A DNA stretch of 32,932 nt. It comes from Fidelibacterota bacterium (GTDB lineage: Bacteria > Fidelibacterota > Fidelibacteria > Fidelibacterales > DSDE01). Both the position numbers and the translations under genes were made by a program. How positions within the stretch are numbered: the first letter of the stretch is position 1; every line of letters starts with the position of its first letter. The notes below the pieces were generated by a model that had not been told where the DNA came from, ran no database searches, and saw nothing but the letters and a program-made list of their open reading frames with translations. This document shows positions 25,598-32,932 of this stretch, piece after piece. Location of the stretch: NCBI GenBank assembly GCA_011049095.1, contig DSDE01000470.1, positions 1 to 32,932 on the forward strand, written 5' to 3'.

Positions 25598-25627
25598 AAT
25601 ATTAACTGAAACTGAAAAGAATTGCAA
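25598..25627 (-). promoter_or_regulatory. Candidate sigma70-type promoter for the ATP-grasp operon
   Basis: The minus strand reads TTGCAA (25622-25627), an 18-nt spacer and TAATAT (25598-25603). This leaves a leader of roughly 45 nt ending in AAGGAGG. Confidence 0.4.
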
Positions 25628-25850
25628 GCACACCATTGTAAAAATAAAAAATAGAGGGCTCATTTTTGGAAAAATAGAAAAGGATATGGGTTGCGTTAGA
25701 AAATAGAAAAAATTATAGCCGCGGGAATGAGAGCCAGAGAGCAATTGTGTGCGGTAGATAAATTATGAGCTAATCCACACAGCAAGACTTAAAAATATCT
25801 TGCACATTTTGGCAGCTTATGGAATAATGACTCTCTTAAAAGCGAATTTC

Positions 25851-28346
25851 TTAATTATTTAAGAGATCATCAATTCTGACGAAAGAATAACCTTTTTGTT
25901 TGAGATCGACAATTAGCTCAGCTAATCGATTTGCAAAAAGATCGCTGCGGTCGGGATGAGTACCAATGTGAGAGAGGAGAATAAACCCATTGAGTCCGTG
26001 ACTGTTTTTTGCTTCATAGTTGATGATGCTCTCATATATCTCCTGGCTTCCGCGATAGTTTTTGCTGCCAGGCAAGGTGTAATCGGCATAGCTTAAAGTG
26101 CCAGGGCTATAATTTATCAAGTGAAAACCCATTTCTTGAGTCCAGTCGGCAATCTGCCGGTTATACCATTCGTAGGGTGGCAGGAAATAGGGGGCGTCTT
26201 TTGGCAAAATTCCAAATGGCTGCATAGCCTGATAATTGTGCAGCAGGTCATTTTTAAATTCATCTGCGTCAACCAGCAGTTGCTCTCGATTTGCCCAGGT
26301 ACAGTATAGGAGATGCCTGTCACTATGGGCGCCGAGGTAATGCCCATCATCTTTTAGTTGCTGGATGATATTTTTAAATATTGGGTTGCGATAGAAATTC
26401 CCAGTGAGAAAGAATGATCCGTGAATATCTTCACTTTTTAAGGTTTCTGTAATGTGTGCGGCGCTGTTGGCGTGTTCATCTCCTGTAAAAACAAGGGCAA
26501 TCTTCTTAACATCAGTGCTGCCGCGAATGATGGCGCCATGGGATCGCTGAAAATCGTCGGGAATGACCGAAATTTTCGCCTCGGTCTCCATTCTCGAAAA
26601 GAGATACATCAAAATTGCTGAGCCATCCATTGTGGGTTCATTGGTGCTATAGTCGCCTACATCATCATGATAGACTGCCAGGTCGGACTGGAAGGGTGCC
26701 ATCTCATCTTCATTAAAAAGGCGTATTCCCTTAAGGTTCTTATAAATAGAGCCATAAACAGGGCCGTCTATCAGCCCGCCTTTATTGACATAGCCATGCA
26801 GGTGCCAGAGTGAGCTGTGGTGGTCTTCCGGCCATTCTCCGCCTTCTGGCATACCAATAATCATACTGGTGCCCCAGGGATTGCAGCCCAAAAGCCAGTC
26901 ACGCATTGCAGCTTCATATTCCATATAGCTCTCATCCCCAGACAAGCGCCGATAAAGATTGAGCTGAGTGGCGAAGCTTGCAGTCAGGTTGTTTGAGCAC
27001 CAGATAAAAGGAACGCCCATCCGGAAGGCGTTATGCCTGCCTTTTTGCGCAACTTTTTCGATGCCTTCTTTGTAGTATTTGATAGCTGTTCGCTTTTGTG
27101 CCTCATTTCCCAGGCGGCCCAATTCAAAATGGCCAATATTAAAAAATGGATACCACTGGTAATGACGGGCTGTATCCGCTCCCATCCAGGGTGTGTGGGG
27201 CTCTTCATAGGCATAATTGAGCGCTTCAATGAGGTAGTCTGGCGAGCGATTGATGCGAAATAGCTGGCTGGCTGCCAATTCCATATCGTCAACCCAGTTG
27301 TCTTCTTCGTAAAAGTAGGGCGCTTTGCCTGGTGCGGTCTGAGTATTGCCAGGTTTCTTTAATGCATACTGATAAGCAGATTGTGCTTTCTCCTGGAGAA
27401 GGTAGCTGTATTCGGCGTCAATACCTTCCCAGATTTTTGCGCCAATACTGAAGGCCGAACTGAATTTCCCCCCGGTTGATGATGTGCCCTGGCTTCTATT
27501 TTTATATTGAAAAAGACCTTGCGGCTCACCGGTTACAAAATAGACTGGCCGGCCTTTTGGAAAGTCATAAACAACCGAATCAAGATTGGGCAGGCGAAAA
27601 CCGGCATGATCGCGGTCATCAGCGATTTGGTTAAACAGATAGTCTGGGCGGGGATGCATTTTCAGCAGCCAGTCCAGACCCCAGCGCGCTTCGTCCAGCA
27701 CATCGGGAATACCATTTTTGCCAGGAAGACCGTTGGCCAGATGCTCATCTTTAAAAGCTGTGGGATTCTCTTGCCAGGCAAAGAGGAGATTGAAGGTGGC
27801 ATTGGCAGAGGTGGTGACATATTGCAGATAGTCTGCCGCATCGTGCCAGCCGCCGGTAACGTCTATTGGCGTGCCGTCTGGCTCAGGCCCATACATCATA
27901 TATCCATCATGAAGATGACAGCTATCCTTGAGAAAAGGATTGAAGCCGCATCGCTGCTGCCGCATATATTTAAGCAGATAATCCGCGATGCCATCGTAAA
28001 CATCAGGCGCTATTTTAAATACCGGCGACTTGATTTTTCCTGCCTGTAAATAGTATTCGCCAGGCTCTATAATTTTAGTAAAATTTAATCGCCATGTATG
28101 GGTGAATGGGCCATATTCTCCAAGAGAGGCAGGCAGTTTCTCATGGATTACCGGTTTGCTGCTGGCATTGTCTATAAGCTGCCAGCTTTTTGCAGCAATT
28201 TTGTCCTTTGCTCCTAAAACAGCAATTTTTGGACTGTTTGGAGGATAGCCGAGCTGATTAATGCGAATCCACGCCTCTTCCGCTCTTTCTGTGCAGCCAA
28301 GTATCATTAGTGCCAGCATCATCACCGGTATAAAGCACAGTTTCAT
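25851..28346 (-). CDS. Fusion protein: N-terminal Ig-like (CelD_N-like) + GH9 glycoside hydrolase + C-terminal CE4-type polysaccharide deacetylase; probable lipoprotein
   Basis: Start at the ATG at 28344-28346 with a GAGGAGA SD (MKLCFIPVMMLALMILGC). The Ig-like region is IRINQLGYPPNSPKIAV...PGEYYLQAGKIKSPVFKI. GH9 motifs are TGGWHDAADYLQY, DDRDHAGF and the signature YHDDVGDYSTNEPTMDGS, which carries the catalytic Glu. CE4 motifs are ALVFTGDE, GAHSDRH, LPPYEWY and ILLSHIG. Confidence 0.85.
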   Translation of the reverse strand: MKLCFIPVMMLALMILGCTERAEEAWIRINQLGYPPNSPKIAVLGAKDKIAAKSWQLIDNASSKPVIHEKLPASLGEYGPFTHTWRLNFTKIIEPGEYYLQAGKIKSPVFKIAPDVYDGIADYLLKYMRQQRCGFNPFLKDSCHLHDGYMMYGPEPDGTPIDVTGGWHDAADYLQYVTTSANATFNLLFAWQENPTAFKDEHLANGLPGKNGIPDVLDEARWGLDWLLKMHPRPDYLFNQIADDRDHAGFRLPNLDSVVYDFPKGRPVYFVTGEPQGLFQYKNRSQGTSSTGGKFSSAFSIGAKIWEGIDAEYSYLLQEKAQSAYQYALKKPGNTQTAPGKAPYFYEEDNWVDDMELAASQLFRINRSPDYLIEALNYAYEEPHTPWMGADTARHYQWYPFFNIGHFELGRLGNEAQKRTAIKYYKEGIEKVAQKGRHNAFRMGVPFIWCSNNLTASFATQLNLYRRLSGDESYMEYEAAMRDWLLGCNPWGTSMIIGMPEGGEWPEDHHSSLWHLHGYVNKGGLIDGPVYGSIYKNLKGIRLFNEDEMAPFQSDLAVYHDDVGDYSTNEPTMDGSAILMYLFSRMETEAKISVIPDDFQRSHGAIIRGSTDVKKIALVFTGDEHANSAAHITETLKSEDIHGSFFLTGNFYRNPIFKNIIQQLKDDGHYLGAHSDRHLLYCTWANREQLLVDADEFKNDLLHNYQAMQPFGILPKDAPYFLPPYEWYNRQIADWTQEMGFHLINYSPGTLSYADYTLPGSKNYRGSQEIYESIINYEAKNSHGLNGFILLSHIGTHPDRSDLFANRLAELIVDLKQKGYSFVRIDDLLNN

Positions 28347-28440
28347 CTTTTGTCTCCTCATCATCGTTCCAAGATAAGTGCTTTTTCTAAATTTTCCCAA
28401 TAAAATTGAATTCCTTGCAGGCTTTTCTCGTTTGTGACGC

Positions 28441-28469
28441 TTGGAAATATTCTTTTTTCTTTGTAATAT
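28441..28469 (+). promoter_or_regulatory. Candidate sigma70-type promoter for nagA
   Basis: TTGGAA (28441-28446), a 17-nt spacer and TAATAT (28464-28469). An AAAGGAG SD lies 6 nt before the ATG at 28511. Confidence 0.45.
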
Positions 28470-28510
28470 GGGTATATGGTTAGCTTTAGCAAAAATGGAA
28501 AGGAGTTTAT

Positions 28511-29680
28511 ATGAGTCAGATTTGGCTTCACAAAGGGACAGTTTTTACAGGGGTAGCGCTCCTGCCTGATACGACGGTGGTGATCGAGGATGGAAAAATC
28601 AGAGATGTGTTAAGTGAATATCGTGTAAAGCAAAAAGGTATTCCAAAGGATGCTATTGTTTATGAAGCGGAGGGCGCTTTTATCTCACCGGGCTTTATCG
28701 ATACGCATATTCATGGTATCCATGGCTTTGATACTTCAGATGGCACAGTTGAGGCTGTTTTAGAAATGTCCAAGGCCTTGGTTAAATACGGGGTGACCGG
28801 TTTTTGCCCCACAATGTATCCTCAGGCTGATGAGGTTTTTGATCGCTGCATTCGGAATGTGGTGGAGGCAATTCCCATTGCTGAAGGGGCAAAGATTTAC
28901 GGTTTAAATCTGGAAGGTCCCTTTATCAGCAGAGATAAAACCGGTGTTCTGAATCCCCAGTATATGAAAGCTGTGGATGTCAATTTAATGAAGCATTACT
29001 GTGAAATATCTGAAGGTAATATTGCGATTATGACTGTAGCGCCGGAGCTGAAAAATATGCACGACCTGGCGCTTTTTTGCACCCAGCAGGGAATTGTGCT
29101 TTCGGCAGGCCACTCAAACGCAACTTATGAAAATATGCTGGAAGGGATTCAGGCAGGCATTTTACACAGCACACACTTTTTTAATGCAATGCGGCGTCTG
29201 CACCACCGTGATCCAGGTGTGGTGGGTGCGATTATGATTCATCCCAATGTCTCAGCAGAGATTATCGGCGATGGCCACCATTTGCATCCTTCCATTATTA
29301 AGCTCCTGATGCGGGTGAAGCCTATTCATAAAATTGTTTTGGTTACTGATGCGCTTAAGCCTACTGAGCAGCAGGATGGCGTTATGATCGCCAATAATGA
29401 AGAGGTATATGTGAAAGATGGCGTTTTCCATCGCGCCAGCGACGGAACTATTGCCGGCTCTTCACTGACGATGATTCGTGGTGTGCAAACCTTGGTTGAG
29501 ATGGGTGTGCCTGTTGATGATGCCATGCGGATGGCAAGCTGCAATCCGGCGACGGTGATTTCCAAGCATATTGAAACGGGCTACTTGCTTCCAGGCCGGA
29601 AAGCAGACCTCGTAGTGTTTTCAAAAGATTATCAGGTGAGACTGACTATTGTGGATGGCATAGTAAAATTCCAGTCCTGA
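28511..29680 (+). CDS. nagA: N-acetylglucosamine-6-phosphate deacetylase
   Basis: PGFIDTHIHG, LEGPFIS, SAGHSNAT, THFFNAM, VTDA and ADLVVF are characteristic NagA amidohydrolase motifs. Confidence 0.9.
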   Translation: MSQIWLHKGTVFTGVALLPDTTVVIEDGKIRDVLSEYRVKQKGIPKDAIVYEAEGAFISPGFIDTHIHGIHGFDTSDGTVEAVLEMSKALVKYGVTGFCPTMYPQADEVFDRCIRNVVEAIPIAEGAKIYGLNLEGPFISRDKTGVLNPQYMKAVDVNLMKHYCEISEGNIAIMTVAPELKNMHDLALFCTQQGIVLSAGHSNATYENMLEGIQAGILHSTHFFNAMRRLHHRDPGVVGAIMIHPNVSAEIIGDGHHLHPSIIKLLMRVKPIHKIVLVTDALKPTEQQDGVMIANNEEVYVKDGVFHRASDGTIAGSSLTMIRGVQTLVEMGVPVDDAMRMASCNPATVISKHIETGYLLPGRKADLVVFSKDYQVRLTIVDGIVKFQS

Positions 29681-29683
29681 GCT

Positions 29684-30370
29684 TTATCGTGCTTGCTGAA
29701 TCGAGGCGTCAATGTAGATTTCAACCCGCCGGTTTAAAGCTCTTGATTCGTTTGTATCATTTGGCGCAGATGGTTGAAATTCTCCAAATCCGGCAACAGC
29801 AAAGATTAACTCTGGCAGGCCTGTCATTTCCTGAAGCATTTTCATAACAGTCTGGGCTCTGGCTGCGCTTAGTTGCCAGTTGTCTCTGAATTTGGAGCGG
29901 CTTCCCAGGGGCACATTGTCGGTATGACCTTCAACGCGTATTTCCACAGTCCATTTTAAATTGTTTTTTTCTAATTCGTGGAGCATAGTCCGCTGTTCTG
30001 ATTCTGCTAAATTTAAAATGGATAAGTTGCCAATTGCTTCTGATATTTGCTGCAATTGTGATGCAAGCTCCGGCAGAGGTGTGGCTTCTCCGGTATTAAA
30101 AATGCTCTGTCCTCTTAGGGTGATTTGCACGCCTTTGGAATGGTGCGCAACGGTAATATTCTCAAAGCGGTTTGCGTCTACGACTTCTTGAATTTCCCGT
30201 GCAGTACGGTTTAATTGATCACTGACCCAGGCATTCATCCGACTGATGTCTCCGCTCTGTTTTGAAATCATCATAATAAAAAAGGTGATGAGCAGCGTAA
30301 CTACATCACCATAGCTGAGGAGCCAGCCGGTGCGAGCTTTTTTTTCATAATATGGTTTATCTTGTGCCAT
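29684..30370 (-). CDS. motB: MotB-family stator protein (canonical channel Asp present) with OmpA-like peptidoglycan-binding domain
   Basis: The TM segment WLLSYGDVVTLLITFFIMM contains the conserved Asp (residue 22). The C-terminal OmpA-like motifs are GHTDNVPL, NWQLSAARAQTV and NRRVEIYI. Confidence 0.8.
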   Translation of the reverse strand: MAQDKPYYEKKARTGWLLSYGDVVTLLITFFIMMISKQSGDISRMNAWVSDQLNRTAREIQEVVDANRFENITVAHHSKGVQITLRGQSIFNTGEATPLPELASQLQQISEAIGNLSILNLAESEQRTMLHELEKNNLKWTVEIRVEGHTDNVPLGSRSKFRDNWQLSAARAQTVMKMLQEMTGLPELIFAVAGFGEFQPSAPNDTNESRALNRRVEIYIDASIQQAR

Positions 30371-30371
30371 A

Positions 30372-31073
30372 TTATTGCCGTTTATCCACCATATTGACTT
30401 TAATGTAGAGTTCTACCCTTCTGTTTTCATCATAGTTTTCCAGCGTTTTGAGTGGATGGAAATAGGCATATCCCCCAAGAGAGAAATAGTTTTCCGGCAG
30501 CTTGGTAATTTTCTGAATAAGCTGCATTACCGTATAGGCTCTGGCTGTGGAAAGCTCCCAATTATCTCTAAAATTAGCCGTGCTGATACCACGAAGGTCG
30601 GTGTGTCCTTCTACTTTTATGGAAATTTCGATATCTTTTCCTGCATAGTGGAGGCGCTCTATTTGCTTTTGGTAAAGTTTGTCAATCTGCCCCAAATCAG
30701 TCTTGAGAAGGAGGCCGCCGATACCCTCAATGAAAGGCTTGAAGTCTTCTGTTAGTTCTGCTTGACCTGTTGCGAAGCTGGGGCGGTCGCCGACACTGGC
30801 GGGAATAAGCAATTTGATTCCCTTGTTGCCGGTGTCTTCGATATAGAGCCACGGGTAATCTGCTTCATTTTTTAATGCAGAAAGTTGCTGACCGATGCGT
30901 TGTGTCAGATTGTCGGTAAATTTGAAAAGGGATTCGGCTTCACTGGTTGTTCTGCCAACGAGCAGCAGAAAAAAGGCCAGAACACCTGTCAGCAAGGATC
31001 CATAGGTAACCATCCATGCATCGCGGTCATATTTAATATCTGAGCGTAATTGTTGGTTTTTATTGCTGTCCAT
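30372..31073 (-). CDS. MotB/OmpA-like paralogue lacking the conserved channel Asp (Ser instead)
   Basis: The TM segment WMVTYGSLLTGVLAFFLLLV has Ser (codon 30996-30998) where MotB/PomB/ExbD/TolR proteins have Asp. The OmpA-like motifs are GHTDLRG, NWELSTARAYTV and NRRVELYI. The start could be ATG 31073 or 31112, and either overlaps the end of motA. Confidence 0.7.
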   Translation of the reverse strand: MDSNKNQQLRSDIKYDRDAWMVTYGSLLTGVLAFFLLLVGRTTSEAESLFKFTDNLTQRIGQQLSALKNEADYPWLYIEDTGNKGIKLLIPASVGDRPSFATGQAELTEDFKPFIEGIGGLLLKTDLGQIDKLYQKQIERLHYAGKDIEISIKVEGHTDLRGISTANFRDNWELSTARAYTVMQLIQKITKLPENYFSLGGYAYFHPLKTLENYDENRRVELYIKVNMVDKRQ

Positions 31074-31887
31074 TGCGGTTTTTGCGCAGGTCTTTCTCTT
31101 GTTTTGAGACAAATGTGAGGAGTTTTTCTTCCATAATCAGGGGATGTTCCTTGCTGTGAATGCTGAGTATTCCCGAGATTATAATCTCATTGATAAAAAC
31201 TTCATCATCAGAGCGGGTTTTGAGCTTTCCGGCAATAGGCACAAAAAGGAGATTGGCTAAAAGCACGCCGTAAAATGTAGTTACCAAGGCTCTGCCCATA
31301 CCGCTGAGGAGGCTGGACATCATATTTTGAGTCTGGGTGGCAAAATCTGCTGAAGCACCGCCGCCCATTTGAGAAGTCATCATCAAAATCAGTCCCATCA
31401 CCGTACCTAAGAGGCCAAATGCAGGTGCATAACTGCCCATGTTGTAAAACATTTCTTGGCCGTTTCGATGTCGGATAATCATATTGGTCAGCTCATTTCG
31501 AAGGAAAATCTCCAGTTTTTTGCCGTCTTTTTCAATCTGGGCCATTTCTAGGCCGTTGCGCATAAATTTATTTTCCACATTTTCCATGTGTTTTTCCAGC
31601 TCCATCAGACCTTTGTCGCGGACTATTTTATTATATGCTACTAAATCATCAATCACAGCGATCGGATTAAATCGGCTGCGACTGAAAGCTTGCCCAGAAA
31701 CGCGAATAATACCCAAAATCTGGGAAAGGGGATAATTGATGACAGTGGCGGCGAATGTGCCTCCCAGCACCACAGCCATTGCCTTGATATTAAAAAAGGT
31801 TTCGGGTATGGACCCTGTGTCGTCCATCATTCCAAAAGCGACTAAAAAAAGTCCGATTATGAGACCAAATAGCGTTCCAATATCCAT
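31060..31887 (-). CDS. motA: MotA/PomA-family proton-channel (stator) protein
   Basis: 275 aa with four TM segments. MDIGTLFGLIIGLFLVAFGMM, YAPAFGLLGTVMGLILMM and ALVTTFYGVLLANLLFVPIAGKLK are typical MotA TM3/TM4 motifs. Confidence 0.85.
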   Translation of the reverse strand: MDIGTLFGLIIGLFLVAFGMMDDTGSIPETFFNIKAMAVVLGGTFAATVINYPLSQILGIIRVSGQAFSRSRFNPIAVIDDLVAYNKIVRDKGLMELEKHMENVENKFMRNGLEMAQIEKDGKKLEIFLRNELTNMIIRHRNGQEMFYNMGSYAPAFGLLGTVMGLILMMTSQMGGGASADFATQTQNMMSSLLSGMGRALVTTFYGVLLANLLFVPIAGKLKTRSDDEVFINEIIISGILSIHSKEHPLIMEEKLLTFVSKQEKDLRKNRNGQQ

Positions 31888-31909
31888 TATTATTTCCCTG
31901 TTTTACATT

Positions 31910-32932
31910 TTATCTGCTTTTTAAACTGCCCTGCTTTTCAATATGCTCAGCACGCTGGAATTTAGTCCAATTTGGGACAGGAATCCACTGATATTTAAAA
32001 ATTTGGTGCTGAAATTTCTCGGGCAACGCGCCATCAAAAAGGCTGTGTCCCCGTATCTCTATTTGATTGTCAGACAGCTTGAGTTCGCTGGCAGGGATTT
32101 CTAAGATTTTGCCTTGGGAATCTATCAGCGGGCCAACGCCAGCCATAGAATCCAAAGGAGAAATAAATTTAAAATCTTTTTTTATTCCTCTTGCAAAATC
32201 CTGATAGTCTTTGATATTAAGCAGGAGGGTGGCATCCCGCAATGGCTGGCAGCCTGACAGTTCACATAATTCTGCCGCATCAAATCTATGCAGATAGCAA
32301 TAATGGATTTCACCGTGGCAGATTTTTTTTTGAATATTAAAAAAGGAAATATCGGGTTCTATCCAAATTGTTTTACCAAAATATATGGGCGCCAGCAGAT
32401 TCAGTGAAAGCTCACTTAATGTCAGCGCTAAGCTGGGCATTAAGGCATCGCCGGGCCGGAAAAGATAAAGAGCTTTGCCCAGTGACTGAGCTGCGTTTAA
32501 TAGATTGTATTGGCTAAAAATCACCTCGCTTCCATCATCCAGTTTGCTGATTAATGCAGGATTTGAAAGTTTGATATCAGGGGTAAATTTCGCTTTAGCC
32601 AGAGCTTCAGAGATAGGAGCGGGAATTTCATTTTTTAAATTGCAAAGAGGATTTTCCGGTGTAAGGAGAAAATCCGCTTCTGCGGCAGGCCGAGCTTTTT
32701 CTGGAGCAAAGAGCACAACGGCGCCAAAAGCAAAAAGCGAAATCAGCAGGAGCTGATCATTAAGATTTCCTTGCCAATGCCAGCTTATTTTATCTCCTTT
32801 GCGGATTTTCTGCTGAGTCAATAGCTGCGCAGCTCTTTCCACCAGACCAAAAAGCCGTGCATAATCAATGGCGTTTTTTTCATCCTTTAATGCAGTTTTA
32901 GCCCCCTGAGCATCAAAGTGTTGCCGCAAAAC
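31910..32932 (-). CDS. ANL-superfamily-like (AMP-binding N-domain-like) protein with degenerate motifs; 5' end probably outside the window
   Basis: The order of segments resembles acyl-CoA synthetase N-domains (YARLFGLVERAAQLL..KGDKI.., ..GSEVIFSQYNLLNAAQSLG.., IEIRGHSLFDGAL). The Ser/Thr/Gly-rich phosphate loop is replaced by ISKLDDGSEV, and no C-terminal subdomain follows. The ORF is open to the window edge. Confidence 0.45.
   Translation of the reverse strand, partial: VLRQHFDAQGAKTALKDEKNAIDYARLFGLVERAAQLLTQQKIRKGDKISWHWQGNLNDQLLLISLFAFGAVVLFAPEKARPAAEADFLLTPENPLCNLKNEIPAPISEALAKAKFTPDIKLSNPALISKLDDGSEVIFSQYNLLNAAQSLGKALYLFRPGDALMPSLALTLSELSLNLLAPIYFGKTIWIEPDISFFNIQKKICHGEIHYCYLHRFDAAELCELSGCQPLRDATLLLNIKDYQDFARGIKKDFKFISPLDSMAGVGPLIDSQGKILEIPASELKLSDNQIEIRGHSLFDGALPEKFQHQIFKYQWIPVPNWTKFQRAEHIEKQGSLKSR

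Noticed and set aside
27507-28049. 180-aa plus-strand ORF
   Set aside because: It is antisense to the GH9 domain of the fusion gene.
29684-31887. MotA/MotB-like genes as a Zorya-type anti-phage system
   Set aside because: The MotA homologue is of normal stator length (275 aa) and lacks the long C-terminal tail typical of ZorA. No ZorC/ZorD-like nuclease or helicase genes follow.
1-32932. CRISPR arrays, IS elements, prophage genes or toxin-antitoxin pairs
   Set aside because: Reading both strands and the ORF track found no regularly spaced repeats, no transposase or integrase-like ORFs, and no small paired ORFs with such signatures.

Overview
The window looks like chromosomal DNA from a diderm bacterium. 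One glycosidase carries a T9SS-type C-terminal sorting domain, which hints at an FCB-superphylum-like lineage, but the taxon cannot be fixed from sequence alone. Most genes have strong Shine-Dalgarno sites and several have sigma70-like promoters.

Gene content from left to right:
(1) tRNA-Ala(CGC).
(2) A minus-strand beta-glucan degradation operon: a GH3 beta-glucosidase, a GH5-CBM6 enzyme with a T9SS tail, and a GH5 lipoprotein.
(3) A divergent sensory operon: a membrane-anchored orphan sugar-binding protein, an atypical histidine kinase and a sigma54-dependent response regulator.
(4) The centre of the window (about 10.6-22.0 kb): two mirror-arranged, anciently duplicated modules. Each encodes a TetR regulator, an MMPL/RND-superfamily inner-membrane transporter, a secreted LolA-like protein and an outer-membrane beta-barrel. 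A hemerythrin-like gene sits between them.
(5) A co-directional string: ATP-grasp ligase, esterase, small zinc-ribbon protein, two different COG0720 (PTPS / QueD-type) pterin synthases and folE.
(6) A GH9 + CE4 deacetylase fusion lipoprotein divergent from nagA.
(7) A motA-like gene followed by two MotB/OmpA-like genes, one lacking the conserved channel Asp, and preceded by a degenerate ANL (AMP-binding-like) protein truncated by the window edge.

I saw no CRISPR array, transposase, integrase or rRNA.

The best candidate for an undescribed system is the twin TetR / MMPL / LolA-like / barrel module. It has the parts of an envelope-spanning transporter for a hydrophobic cargo but lacks the canonical RND partners (membrane-fusion protein and TolC).

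All family calls come from motif reading by eye. No database search was run.
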